From Macrostomum lignano (taxonomy: Eukaryota): a stretch of DNA of 64,000 nt. Shown in pieces: positions 41,201 to 51,889 of the stretch. The first letter of the stretch is position 1. Every line of letters starts with the position of its first letter. The stretch lies in assembly GCA_002269645.1 (NCBI GenBank), contig NIVC01001916.1:1-64000 (forward strand), in the 5' to 3' direction. The notes beneath the pieces were generated by a model. The model did not search any database. It was not told the DNA's origin and saw only the letters and a list, made by a program, of their open reading frames with translations. The translations under genes were made by a program, and so were the position numbers.

Positions 41201-43806
41201 CATTTATGACGAGGCCACATCAGCAATAAAGGATGCCTGTGAGATCTCAGCCTCTAGGAAAGATATTGTTGTCATGCTCATTGAGAAGGGATAGGTGGGG
41301 ATGGGATCGATTGGGATGGGATAGATTGGGATGGGAGAGATAGGGATGGGATGAATATAAAGCAAAAAGCATCAGTCAGAAGCTGCTCATAAAGCATCGG
41401 TCAGAAGCTGCTCATAAAGCATCGGTCAGAAGCTGCTCATAAAGCATCGGTCAGAAGCTGCTCATACAGCATCGGTCAGAAGCTGCTCATACAGCATCGG
41501 TCAGAAGCTGCTCATACAGCATCGGTCAGAAGCTGCTCATAAAGCATCAGTCAGAAGCTGCTCATACAGCATCGGTCAGAAGCTGTTCATAAAGCATTGG
41601 TCAGAAGCTGTTCATAAAGCATTGGTCAGAAGCTGCTCATAAAGCATCGGTCAGAAGCTGTTCATAAAGCATTGGTCAGAAGCTGCTCATAAAGCATCGG
41701 TCAGAAGCTGCTCATAAAGCATCAGTCAGAAGCTGCTCATACAGCATCGGTCAGAAGCTGTTCATACAGCATCGGTCAGAAGCTGCTCATAAAGCATCGG
41801 TCAGAAGCTGTTCATAAAGCGTCGGTCAGAAGCTGCTCATACAGCATCGGTCAGAAGCTGCTCATAAAGCATTGGTCAGAAGCTGCTCATAAAGCATCGG
41901 TCAGAAGCTGCTCATAAAGCATCGGTCAGAAGCTGCTCATAAAGCATCGGTCAGAAGCTGCTCATAAAGCATCGGTCAGAAGCTGCTCATAAAGCATCGG
42001 TCAGATGCTGCTCATAAAGAATCGGTCAGAAGCTGCTCATACAGCATCGGTCAGAAGCTGCTCATAAAGCATCAGTCAGAAGAAGCTCATACAGCATCGG
42101 TCAGAAGCTGTTCATAAAGCATTGGTCAGAAGCTGCTCATAAAGCATCGGTCAGAAGCTGTTCATAAAGCGTCGGTCAGAAGCTGCTCAGAAAGCATCGG
42201 TCAGAAGCTGCTCATAAAGCATCGGTCAGAAGCTGCTCATACAGCATCGGTCAGAAGCTGCTCATAAAGCATCGGTCAGAAGCTGCTCATAAAGAATCGG
42301 TCAGAAGCTGCTCATACAGCATCGGTCAGAAGCTGCTCATAAAGCATCAGTCAGAAGAAGCTCATACAGCATCGGTCAGAAGCTGTTCATAAAGCATTGG
42401 TCAGAAGCTGCTCATAAAGCATTGGTCAGAAGCTGCTCATAAAGCATCGGTCAGAAGCTGTTCATAAAGCATTGGTCAGAAGCTGCTCATAAAGCATCGG
42501 TCAGAAGCTGCTCATAAAGCATTGGTCAGAAGCTGCTCATACAGCATCGGTCAGAAGCTGTTCATAAAGCATTGGTCAGAAGCTGCTCATAAAGCATCGG
42601 TCAGAAGCTGTTCATAAAGCGTCGGTCAGAAGCTGCTCATACAGCATCGGTCAGAAGCTGCTCATAAAGCATTGGTCAGAAGCTGCTCATAAAGCATCGG
42701 TCAGAAGCTGCTCATACTCACCAGGGGCCTCAAATTCTTCCACCGGTCGGTGCTTGAGCGACCGAACCGGGAACCGCAGCGCCAGCAGCAGCTCCTCGAG
42801 CAGCTGCACGGCGAACAGACAGGCAGCTAAGCCGAAGGCGGTGAGCACTGCAGTGCAGACCAGTCTGCACACGTACTCGCTGCGGGTCATGTGCCGCTCC
42901 GCAGTCGGCGCTGCTGTCACCGAAGCCGCATCCGACGACGTTGATCGACGCTTTTTTCTTTGTCTTGTCCGGCCGTTTATCGGCGCGAATTGGATCAGTG
43001 CGCGACGCTTTTGTAGCCAAGTTCGCTGGCGGAGTGACGGCTGGGCGGCTGGGCTGCAATGCGATGGCGTGGGAGCGTAGATATCTAATCTAATCTAATC
43101 TAATCTAGTCTAATATAATCTAGTCTAGTCTAGTCTAGTCTAATCTAATCTAGTCTAGTCTAGTCTAGTCTAGTCTAGTCTAGTCTAGTCTAATCTAATC
43201 TAGTCTAGTCTAGTCTAGTCTAGTCTAGTCTAATCTAGTCTAGTCTAGTCTAGTCTAATCTAGTCTAATCTAATCTAATATAGTCTAGTCTAATCTAGTT
43301 AAATCTAATCTAGTCTAGTCTAATATAATCTAGTCTAGTCTAGTCTAATCTAGTCTAATCTAATCTAATATAGTCTAGTCTAATCTAGTTAAATCTAATC
43401 TAGTCTAGTCTAATATAATCTAGTCTAGTCTAGTCTAATCTAATCTAGTCTAATCTAATCTAATCTAATCTAGTCTAGCCTAGTCTAGTCTAATATAATC
43501 CAGTCTAATATAATCCAGTCTAATATAATTTAATCCAGTCTAATCTAGTCTGACCTAATCTAGTTTAATATAATCTAGTCTAGTTTTATCTAATCTAATA
43601 TCCGTCTTTTTCACACTAGTTTTTCATAATAAATTTCCTCCCAAGTTTCTGCATTAACAATGTATCTCGATAGATTTTGCATACTTCGCTGGAACAACCG
43701 AAATCCGAGCCTGCTGCTGCTGCTGTTGCTGCTGTTGCTGCTGTTGCTCCAGCCTCTCACCGACATCGCCGGAGTTCTGCAGTCGATCATCTGCATCCAA
43801 CTCCAT
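34748..43806 (-). CDS. PACC1: Proton-activated chloride channel (PAC/ASOR/TMEM206) homologue, 6 exons, 472 aa
   Basis: Exons 43806-43685, 43053-42722, 38737-38663, 37685-37451, 36460-36304 and 35245-34748; all GT-AG, phases 2,1,1,2,0 match, total 1419 nt with no stop. Collinear similarity to human PAC as recalled: FPVRSLKHRPVEEFEAPAIVIFPEKAHLESCNH ~ HPVMSVSYKEVDRYDAPGIALYPGQAQLLSCKH; NCTFISVEYNDPYS...VFRGPRRVKEKETVFLHF ~ NCTTQRINYTDPFS...VQGPREVKKRELVFLQF; SAGLRLWGKISM...EDG ~ SGGFRTWVKMSL...EDG; FFEWK...VWSVGASLCGVLLTLHK ~ VFEWK...PWNTIALLCGAFLALFK. Confidence 0.9.
35310..36232. mobile_element. Relative of the 30.5-kb foldback element with its 16-bp arm repeat (GTGAAATTTAGG(T/G)CTT) expanded to ~50 copies (35378-36172); PAC intron 5
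   Basis: Left flank GAAATTGTAGAAGAAATATTGTATCTCC matches the 30650-30680 spacer. Right flank TTTATAGTTTATGCAGTCTGATGCAAGTTTTG matches the reverse complement of 30565-30605. Confidence 0.8.
36304..36460 (-). CDS. PACC1: PAC homologue exon 5
   Basis: Acceptor ATGTTTTCAG|A, donor GAG|GTCAGC; SAGLRLWGKISMTQLHLEDG. Confidence 0.88.
36525..37425. repeat. 45-bp minisatellite, ~20 near-identical copies; PAC intron 4
   Basis: Unit CATATTACAGAAAT(G/C)AGCACATCAATAGCTCACTCAGGTGACAAT. Confidence 0.97.
37451..37685 (-). CDS. PACC1: PAC homologue exon 4
   Basis: Acceptor TTCATTGCAG|AC, donor CT|GTGAGT; NCT, DPY and GPRRVK..E.VFL.F motifs. Confidence 0.92.
37780..38515. repeat. (AAC)n degenerate microsatellite; PAC intron 3
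   Basis: Direct. Confidence 0.95.
38663..38737 (-). CDS. PACC1: PAC homologue exon 3 (75 nt; IVIFPEKAHLESCNHFNELQMEFW)
   Basis: Acceptor TTTCCAATCAG|CC, donor GGA|GTGAGT; absent from the ORF track. Confidence 0.85.
39150..40915. repeat. 33-bp GC-rich minisatellite (AGTGGCGCCACTACTGAAGGATCTGAGGGAGAT), ~50 copies with a 277-bp higher-order duplication; PAC intron 2
   Basis: Direct; the diagnostic GCGCCCCTGC variant recurs at 39651 and 39928. Confidence 0.95.
41365..42716. repeat. 25-bp satellite (GAAGCTGCTCATAAAGCATCGGTCA), ~54 copies; PAC intron 2
   Basis: Direct; abuts the exon 2 donor. Confidence 0.97.
42722..43053 (-). CDS. PACC1: PAC homologue exon 2 (cytoplasmic N-terminus, TM1, first ECD strand)
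   Basis: Acceptor CATTGCAG|C, donor CCTG|GTGAGT; TM1 VCRLVCTAVLTAFGLAACLFAVQLL followed by FPVRS...EAP. Confidence 0.88.
43083..43600. repeat. (TCTAG/TCTAA)n pentanucleotide microsatellite; PAC intron 1
   Basis: Direct. Confidence 0.95.
43685..43806 (-). CDS. PACC1: PAC homologue exon 1 (MELDADD...Q12...VVPA)
   Basis: ATG at 43806, donor AA|GTATGC, phase 2. No sequence homology anchors this exon; inferred from phase and position. Confidence 0.65.
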
Positions 43807-44482
43807 CTTGTTGGCAATTCGATATTTTGTTCAATATTTTACCTATTTAGACAAACATATAGGTGCTCTGAAGCTCAGATAAAATGATTAAAAATATGAG
43901 AAGCCAAATCAAAAACCATCGTAGGTCTTGCAGGCAAACTAAATTATTTAATCCCCTCGCATCCTCATCCTGCACGTGATGAAACTGGGAGGCAAAATCG
44001 CTGATTGGCTGGACTCGCGCACCCCTCCATCAGAGCGCCCCGCTAACCGAATGGGCATCTGGAAGTCCACGCAAAGGGGGAAGAGGAGCAAAACTTGGGG
44101 GCGTACAAGGACTACTTGAGATTTCTATCTGGAATAGAAACTTCAATTTTTGAATTTTCAAAAATTCTGTCATTGCTCAGAGAATTTTTATTTCCAGGCC
44201 GAGGAGGCTGTGTTTACCAGCTGGCGCACTCTAAGCGACATTGTCACACAACCGGCGAGAGGCATTACTGCCCATTCTGCCGACTCCCCTGAGCAGGCAC
44301 ACAAGCGCGCGGATACGTACGCAGTCATAGGCACAGGCACTCACACAGGAGAGTACAGTGGCCCTAACTTTATTTATCGTTAGGCATGTACACTTCACTG
44401 TGCCTTGGGGTTGGCCCTCAATAGCGTTAATTGCACGAGCAGAGCCGAGCCGAGATTCCAATTTAGCACCAAAAAATTAATG

Positions 44483-44553
44483 TGACTGCACCTGGAATCG
44501 AGCCTGGGCCGCTGGCTTATCAGAGCGCTTCACTGGACCACTGGGCTACGGTT
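44483..44553 (-). other. Degenerate tRNA-like sequence (tRNA pseudogene or SINE head)
   Basis: Minus strand CCGTAGCCCAGTGGTCCAGTGAAGCGCTCTGATAAGCCAGCGGCCCAGGCTCGATTCCAGGTG: A-box and B-box-like motifs, but the anticodon and acceptor stems do not pair. Confidence 0.45.
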
Positions 44554-44875
44554 CTTGCATAGAATTTGAATATATTTCAGTGAAATATGACTCAGAAATC
44601 TAGGACTTCAAGGAAGTAGAATTAATCGTCCAAGTTCTGAATACTGGAGTCCTTGAGCCTGACTAGCCGACCAACCACGCCGGTGTCCCAGCTGTCAGGG
44701 AGTGGCTATGGTTATTGCTAAAAAAGGGATATGGCAATAGAGGCCGAAAAGTACACAGCCGCATGCCATTTCCGACTAGTAAATTTGGTCGCAGCATCCA
44801 GGCGGATTCTTGGGGGCGTCTTTCTTCAGTTGAAAATTTCATCACACCAGGAATTTAATTAAATTAGCTCTAGCA

Positions 44876-45453
44876 CTAGGTTAGCTGACAAAGTAGAATT
44901 CTAGTAATGCGCAGGAAGTTCAAAGTTGAAAAATGTTTAAAAATCAAGACCATGAAACGAAGTACAAGGCTAATAAATAAGCATGAAAAACTTTTTAACG
45001 GTTTGCCCATTGCGTTAGCTGGGTAGTTCTTGTAGAAAATGTTCCAGAACACACCGAAAAGAAACATACAAGCCAGCACAACCCAGCACACGATCGATAC
45101 CTTGCTCTCCCACGGTTTCTTGTCGATGTTTCGTAGAATGGGAACTCCAGCAAAGAACCCAGCCAGCAGGCCTCCGACGTGAGCAGCAACGCTCACAGGG
45201 AGGGTTTGAGTTCCGGAGTAGCGTCCATAGAAACTGATGCCAAAGTCCAGGATGAGCAAGAGGGTCAGATAGACAAGGCGCATGATCCCACTCAGAAGGA
45301 ATTTCAACGGATTTGCTCTGATATCCAGCCAGTCATCCTGCAGCTCCTCCCAGTTCATGAGCACTGTGGCATAGTGGGCTCCGAACAAAGCGTACACCCC
45401 ACCGGAGGCTCCGATCAGCATGGTGTTGTGGTCTGCGATGCTGCTAGCCATGG
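44876..45453 (-). pseudogene. 5'-truncated rhomboid copy (TM4-TM7 only), fused to unrelated 3' sequence
   Basis: 45453-~45018 is near-identical to the C-terminal third of the intact copies (MASSIADH...GASGG...AAHVGG...KNYPA); the frame continues ~45 codons into AT-rich non-homologous DNA. Confidence 0.85.
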
Positions 45454-46524
45454 ATTTTTCCGCTATTATTGTCAATAGAAATTCAAAGCTTCACAATATC
45501 AGAACAACCCTTAGACTGCACCGTGTATAGTATCCATGCACAGTTGTCCATCGCTGTATGCGTTTATCAGGAGCTGACATACTCAATTAATATTATACTC
45601 AATCTCCAAGTAGGCTTGGAGATCAAAATATCTATATTTCTTTATGGGCGAGAAATCTTCGAAAGAGTCAGCCGCCATCTTCGTCCATTTGGCCGACACT
45701 TAACTGCCTTGATCTCCATATTTTGCCTGAAGTTTTTAAATGCTAGAGGGCTTCTGGGGTTGCTCAGATCCTTGGAGACAAAGCTCTGAGAGGAGGATCT
45801 GATATCTAAGATTCGATAGCTGGCTTTCGGTCTAATGCTGTTTTGCTTTAAACACCATCTTCCTTAGTAAATTTACTTCACAATAGTGTGACTCCACAAA
45901 GTCAAAACCTACATGTAGTCGATTCAAAAATCTTTATTCCTTTCTTTTTTTGCCTCCCCAGAGGGGGGCGCAGATCGCTAGTCCATACACTATTTATCCA
46001 GGCGTAGCCTTTAAAGTTGGATATGCAACTAGCTTAACCACTGCACCGTCTGTCCAAGTTGTTTATTATTGTGAGACATTTTCAGGCTGCGAAAGCCCAA
46101 CATCATGAGCATGAAGATAGAATGTGAGATAGAGAGAGCTGGGGGCGCTCTATCGCTTCGTTTGCTGTCCGTCTATTCAGTTTTTTTCTATATAGAAGTA
46201 ACTGAGAAAGTAAGAAGCTTCTAACTAAAATATAGACGGAAAGTAAGGGTTCTAACGGACAAGAGCAGTTTGTTTTCAAAATTTTGACAAAAGAGACTTA
46301 ATTAATATTGTCCTTTTTTCGTAAAACAAGATGACAAATTTTTTTTTGTTTTTCGATCGAATTAACTTCTTATGCCAGGATTGCGATGACCAAGTTGCTG
46401 CAGAAACTCAATTTCATTCATTTCAGAGAATATCGAGCGCTCGATATTCTCTGATTCATTTCTAAACCGTTAATTTCTTCCTCTAGTATTGATCGATCAA
46501 GATGCCACAAACATCTAGCTACAT

Positions 46525-47025
46525 GCTTTCAACCATAGACAGTCTCTGCTGAGCCCTAAATTGCCACAAAGCATACAAGCGTATAGCTAAACGTTTTTCA
46601 ACCATAGACAGTCTCTGCTGAGCCCTAAATCGCCACAAAGCATACAAGCGCATAGCTAAACGTTTTTCAACCATAGACAGTCTCTGCTGAGCCCTAAATC
46701 GCCACAAAGCATACAAGCGCATAGCTAAACGTTTTTCAACCATAGACAGTCTCTGCTGAGCCCTAAATCGCCACAAAGCATACAAGCGCATAGCTAAACG
46801 TTTTTCAACCATAGACAGTCTCTGCTGAGCCCTAAATCGCCACAAAGCATACAAGCGTATAGCTAAACGTTTTTCAACCATAGACAGTCTCTGCTGAGCC
46901 CTAAATCGCCACAAAGCATACAAGCGCATAGCTAAACGTTTTTCAACCATAGACAGTCTCTGCTGAGCCCTAAATCGCCACAAAGCATACAAGCGCATAG
47001 CTAAACGTTTTTCAACTATAGACAG
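46525..47025. repeat. 69-bp minisatellite, ~7 copies
   Basis: Period 69 (46591 to 46660); explains the 23-aa periodic ORF. Confidence 0.95.
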
Positions 47026-48182
47026 TCTCGGCGCAGAAATGAAACCACGTTTGAAATTTTTCAATTAACGACAAGACAAGACATTTCAATTTAGCCTGGA
47101 CCGAGGGGGAGGGTGTCTGGGGCAGAGGGTCCGATGGGTAACTTTAGACTCTCGTTCGGGAAATCGTCCATGAATTTCATTTCGCCCCACTGGTGGGGGT
47201 TTGCTTAACCATACTTCTATTATTCGCTGTCGTCTCTCTCAATTGTCAAACAGAGAGGTGGGGGCTGCTGCGTTTCTGCTAACTTTGCCATATACTTGGT
47301 TTGTATTATAATTGAATTATGTATCGTATGCTGAATGCTATATTTACCAACTAGAACTGGCACACACCTATAAGGGCGAGCCACCACACTTCGGACAAAC
47401 ACAGGGAGATATCTAAATATAGCACAATACGTATTGCTTTCAGCTAGCACAGAGATGACCTCAAAATCTTAGTACGGTCCTAACCCTCTGCAAGACACTA
47501 GTGTGTTGTAGAGATTTCTACTCAAAAAAACTGAGTAACGTTCAGACTGGTTGCTCAGAGGGATTTTTTAAAAAAAATTGGACAGATTTTTACAGCCTAA
47601 CGATTTCTTGGTCTCAAGCGATTAATTATAGGGTTTTTATCGAAATAATATAAGCATGAGCTGATCCGGGGCAGATTGCAGTAAGCAATGCTGCTTGCTT
47701 CTATAAGCAGAGAGCAGGAAAAATATCGCTTATTCGTGACAACACTGCTCGAGAACGCTGACGATTGGGTGACACGCACTAAAACCGCAGATTAGAGTGG
47801 GCAATGATTTATTGAATTTCACGAGCCATGCACAAACTATTGGCATATATGGCAGAGGACCATATTAATTAAAGCGTACTAATAATTGAGAATTTAATGA
47901 GCTTGCCCCAGCAGACCAGGTGGCCAATTAAAGAAACTAATTTAATTATAGTTGCAGGTGACAGCTGCGCAGGAAAGCAAGTCATTATTTCAGTAGCTAT
48001 AGGAAATGATTCACCTATTATCATTCACATACTGCAACCATTATGAATCGTAATTCAATTAATTCTCTGCCATATTCGAGCTACACTTTTCTACGTTTGC
48101 ACATGAACCAGTGCGGGACATTCCATCATATTTCGTATAGGTAGTTAGTCAGTTTTAGGCACTTTTAAAAAGTTCAGGGGGC

Positions 48183-48785
48183 ACCAAGGGGCTTTAGCAC
48201 CAAGGGGCTTTAGCACCAAGGGGCTTTAGCACCAAGGGGCTTTAGCACCAAGGGGCTTTAGCACCAAGGGGCTTTAGCACCAAGGGGCTTTAGCACCAAG
48301 GGGCTTTAGCACCAAGGGGCTTTAGCACCAAGGGGCTTTAGCACCAAGGGGCTTTAGCACCAAGGGGCTTTAGCACCAAGGGGCTTTAGCACCAAGGGGC
48401 TTTAGCACCAAGGGGCTTTAGCACCAAGGGGCTTTAGCACCAAGGGGCTTTAGCACCAAGGGGCTTTAGCACCAAGGGGCTTTAGCACCAAGGGGCTTTA
48501 GCACCAAGGGGCTTTAGCACCAAGGGGCTTTAGCACCAAGGGGCTTTAGCACCAAGGGGCTTTAGCACCAAGGGGCTTTAGCACCAAGGGGCTTTAGCAC
48601 CAAGGGGCTTTAGCACCAAGGGGCTTTAGCACCAAGGGGCTTTAGCACCAAGGGGCTTTAGCACCAAGGGGCTTTAGCACCAAGGGGCTTTAGCACCAAG
48701 GGGCTTTAGCACCAAGGGGCTTTAGCACCAAGGGGCTTTAGCACCAAGGGGCTTTAGCACCAAGGGGCTTTAGCACCAAGGGGCG
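48183..48785. repeat. 16-bp satellite (GCACCAAGGGGCTTTA), ~37 identical copies
   Basis: Direct; its reverse complement resembles the 15-bp unit at 2.3 kb. Confidence 0.97.
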
Positions 48786-49394
48786 CCACCCAGCATTAAC
48801 TGAAGCTCCATAAGATATTCCATAATCTGTAAATTTTTGAATCGGATAGCTATAGAGCAGAATCTACCAAGTAAAAATAAACTGATTGAAGTATGAACTT
48901 TTTTATTCGATGTTAATAACAAGACAGGCCTGCCTGGTTACAGTGACGCAACAAGATCATGAGGAAAAGTAGTTAGGAATTATAAGTAAGACACAATTTT
49001 TAAGCTTGTACGGCTTTTCAGACAACTTCCCCAAATTTTTACTGAAAAAATTGAACTGGAAAGTTGCTAAAAGCGATATAGCTAAGGCTTCCTAGTAATG
49101 CGCTCGTAGGGAAATGAGAAAATTTTGGCAGAAATTATACGAAAATTTACACCAGGTAAAAGCAGTTTACGTCAGCCGAGATGATTCTGACGAGGAAATA
49201 TTTGCTTAGATTACAATCTATAATATGGTACACGAGGTACCTCGATCATTAGATAGCTACTTACAGCAAAAGTGTACATGTTATTGATATCTACTTAGAA
49301 AACTGATGAAAACTGACAAAAAACACTTTTTTGGAAGCAAAAAGTAAAAAAAAAACAGATTTGGCAAATTGACTGTCAGTTTCACCTCAAACTC

Positions 49395-51020
49395 TTATCC
49401 TATCGAGTCGGCCAGCGCTGTGTTGGAGCAGATGATGCTGTCAGCTGCTGGGTAGTTCTTGTAGAAAATGTTCCAGAACACACCGAAAAGAAACATGCAA
49501 GCCAGCACAACCCAGCACACGATCGACACCTTGCTCTCCCACGGTTTCTTGTCGATGTTTCGTAAAATGGGAACTCCAGCAAAGAACCCAGCCAGCAGGC
49601 CTCCGACGTGAGCAGCAACGCTCACAGGGAGGGTTTGAGTTCCGGAGTAGCGTCCATAGAAACTGATGCCAAAGTCCAGGATGAGCAAGAGGGTCAGATA
49701 GACAAGGCGCATGATCCCACTCAGAAGGAATTTCAACGGATTTGCTCTGATATCCAGCCAGTCATCCTGCAGCTCCTCCCAGTTCATGAGCACTGTGGCA
49801 TAGTGGGCTCCGAACAAAGCGTACACCCCACCGGAGGCTCCGATCAGCATGGTGTTGTGGTCTGCGATGCTGCTGGCCATGGCACCAATAATGACGCCGA
49901 TGAAGAAGACTGGTGCAACACGCCAAGCCTTGTGTACAGTCTCAAGAGGCACACCTAGAAGGAACGACAGGATCGTGTTGAAGACGACGTGGTGGTAGCC
50001 ATTGTGCAGGAACATGTAGGACACGAAGCGCCAAGCTTCTTGTCGGAGACTCGGACAGAAGACCAGCGGACTGTAGTACGGGAATCCTTTTTCCCATCCC
50101 ACCTTGTTCCACTCGGGTCCCTTGGACAGCTCAACCGTGTAGATGATGAAGAAGATCCAAACGGCTACATAGAACAGCGGAATGAAGAGCGGTGGCGGCC
50201 TGCAGTTGTACGCCTCAAGGTAGCTCTCTTCCGGGATCGGCTCTCCGGCTTGAGCTGCCTGGATCTTCTCTTTGCGAAGCTTCTTCTGCGCTGCAGGCGT
50301 CATGCTCTCGATGAACGAGTTGATGACTCTCTTCGATCGAGACACCTCCGACTTTTTCGTGTACTTCATTCCGGTAAAGAACTCGTCCCAAGACACTCGT
50401 TGATTTCCGTCTTTGTCCAGCCTCTTAAACAGTCCCTGAAGGTTTCGAGACCGGTTAAAGTTGACAGACTCTGCCATTTCCTTAAACTCCTTGAGCGGCA
50501 TGCCTCCAGCAGTCTCGTACGGATCGAAGCGGTACTTGAAGTTCTTGGTGAGCCACTCTCTGTACTGGTCTTCGTTCATGTGCTCAGAGTTGTCGCAGTT
50601 CGACGAAGCGCACACGCTGACTGCGAGACTTCCGCCTCCAGGACCTCCGTCAGGCTTGTCGTGTCCGGAGACGCTGAGGAAGTTTCTGTTTGTGTTTGAC
50701 GCAGTGACAGTCGGATGCTGCATCTCGAACTGCTGGTTCGCGAACTGGGTCTTGAGCGACTGGCTCGTTCCGTTTCCGTTGGCTGCGGTCCCGCCGCCGA
50801 TACTTTGCGAGTATTCGTATCGTCCGGTAGCTGAGGCAGGATACTGCTGTCTGGTGTCCAGCTCCACCCGAACTTCCGGGACAGAGTAGCCATACTGGAG
50901 CTGCCGCTGACCGGACGATGTGGTTGTGGCGACTCTCTGCTGCGTCTGGGACTGGTAACTTTGGGACTGGTTGGACTGCTGAGCCTGGGGCTGCATCGTG
51001 TAGTAGCCGCGATTGTCCAT
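49395..51020 (-). CDS. EF-hand rhomboid intramembrane serine protease (RHBDL/Rhomboid-4-like), copy A, intronless, 541 aa
   Basis: EF-hand loop DKDGNQRVSWDE, CRPPPLFI, L1 loop EAWRFVSYMFLH, HxxxN (HVVFN), catalytic GASGG and AAHVGG. Confidence 0.95.
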   Translation of the reverse strand: MDNRGYYTMQPQAQQSNQSQSYQSQTQQRVATTTSSGQRQLQYGYSVPEVRVELDTRQQYPASATGRYEYSQSIGGGTAANGNGTSQSLKTQFANQQFEMQHPTVTASNTNRNFLSVSGHDKPDGGPGGGSLAVSVCASSNCDNSEHMNEDQYREWLTKNFKYRFDPYETAGGMPLKEFKEMAESVNFNRSRNLQGLFKRLDKDGNQRVSWDEFFTGMKYTKKSEVSRSKRVINSFIESMTPAAQKKLRKEKIQAAQAGEPIPEESYLEAYNCRPPPLFIPLFYVAVWIFFIIYTVELSKGPEWNKVGWEKGFPYYSPLVFCPSLRQEAWRFVSYMFLHNGYHHVVFNTILSFLLGVPLETVHKAWRVAPVFFIGVIIGAMASSIADHNTMLIGASGGVYALFGAHYATVLMNWEELQDDWLDIRANPLKFLLSGIMRLVYLTLLLILDFGISFYGRYSGTQTLPVSVAAHVGGLLAGFFAGVPILRNIDKKPWESKVSIVCWVVLACMFLFGVFWNIFYKNYPAADSIICSNTALADSIG

Positions 51021-51889
51021 CTCTGTTCGGTCAGTTTTTCAATTTTCTGTTAGACTTCCTTTGCTAAAGTGTTCAGTGAGCTGACTCAGTTCGTTCCTGC
51101 CCAACATTTGTATACCATTGAGTGCAACAAAGCAAGTCACGAAGCCCTCCCCCATTCCCTGGCAGCCAATTCGCTCATGCTAGAAGCATGCTTTGCTTCA
51201 CGCCCTCTACTTCTGCCGAATGAGCGTTTTGCATTTGCAGCCCGTAGTAAATGTAGCTCTTTACCAACGCCTTTCGTAATTGAATGCTGTAACACGCTTG
51301 GCTAGCTGTGTGCTAAGAATATCATTCTATTTACCTGAAATATTTTGTGAAGCGGCAAAATAAGATATTTATTATAAGCCTGCGCTTCAACTCAATACTT
51401 TATCGGCATATTCACTTGGAGCAATGGGTTTACTAAAGGGTGTTTACGCGTCTTCGGCTTTGCTTTAATTTTTTGCAGTGGCACGTATAAAACACTTTGT
51501 AGCTGCTGGAAACTTCTGAGGAGGTTGCGATGCATTTCATTAGTTTATATCGTCTTTTATCATGTTATGCATTGTTCTTCTATCTACTGATCACTAGCGA
51601 TATGGTCGCTACATTCGCTCGTGAAGTGTATAATGTATGTAAAGATTAGCTCCATCGTTTTATTGAATTTTGCTTCTGAAGCCTTTTATTTCAACCTCGT
51701 GAAGACGAATTGCATGCTTAGCCATGGTTCAATAGATTGACCAGGTAAATCTCTACAATTACCGCTCCTACAATAAATGCAAACGTACCTGCTTAAACGG
51801 AACTGATTAATATAGGAAGTCAAATGCGACTATAACCCAAATAACGTCAAATAATGTACAATCATACAATCATATAATTTCGCGTACAT

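Noticed and set aside
16202-43806. Functional cluster of two trimeric 2-TM channels (DEG/ENaC and PAC)
   Set aside because: The families are unrelated, on opposite strands and separated by DTWD2 and 15 kb; there is no evidence beyond proximity.
44483-44553. Functional tRNA-Ile(GAT)
   Set aside because: Anticodon and acceptor stems do not pair; kept only as a tRNA-like relic. The same applies to 10184-10250, 17431-17485 and the SINE head at 59833.
46519-47064. 181-aa ORF with 23-aa periodicity
   Set aside because: 69-bp tandem repeat with no homologous motif; TTG start.
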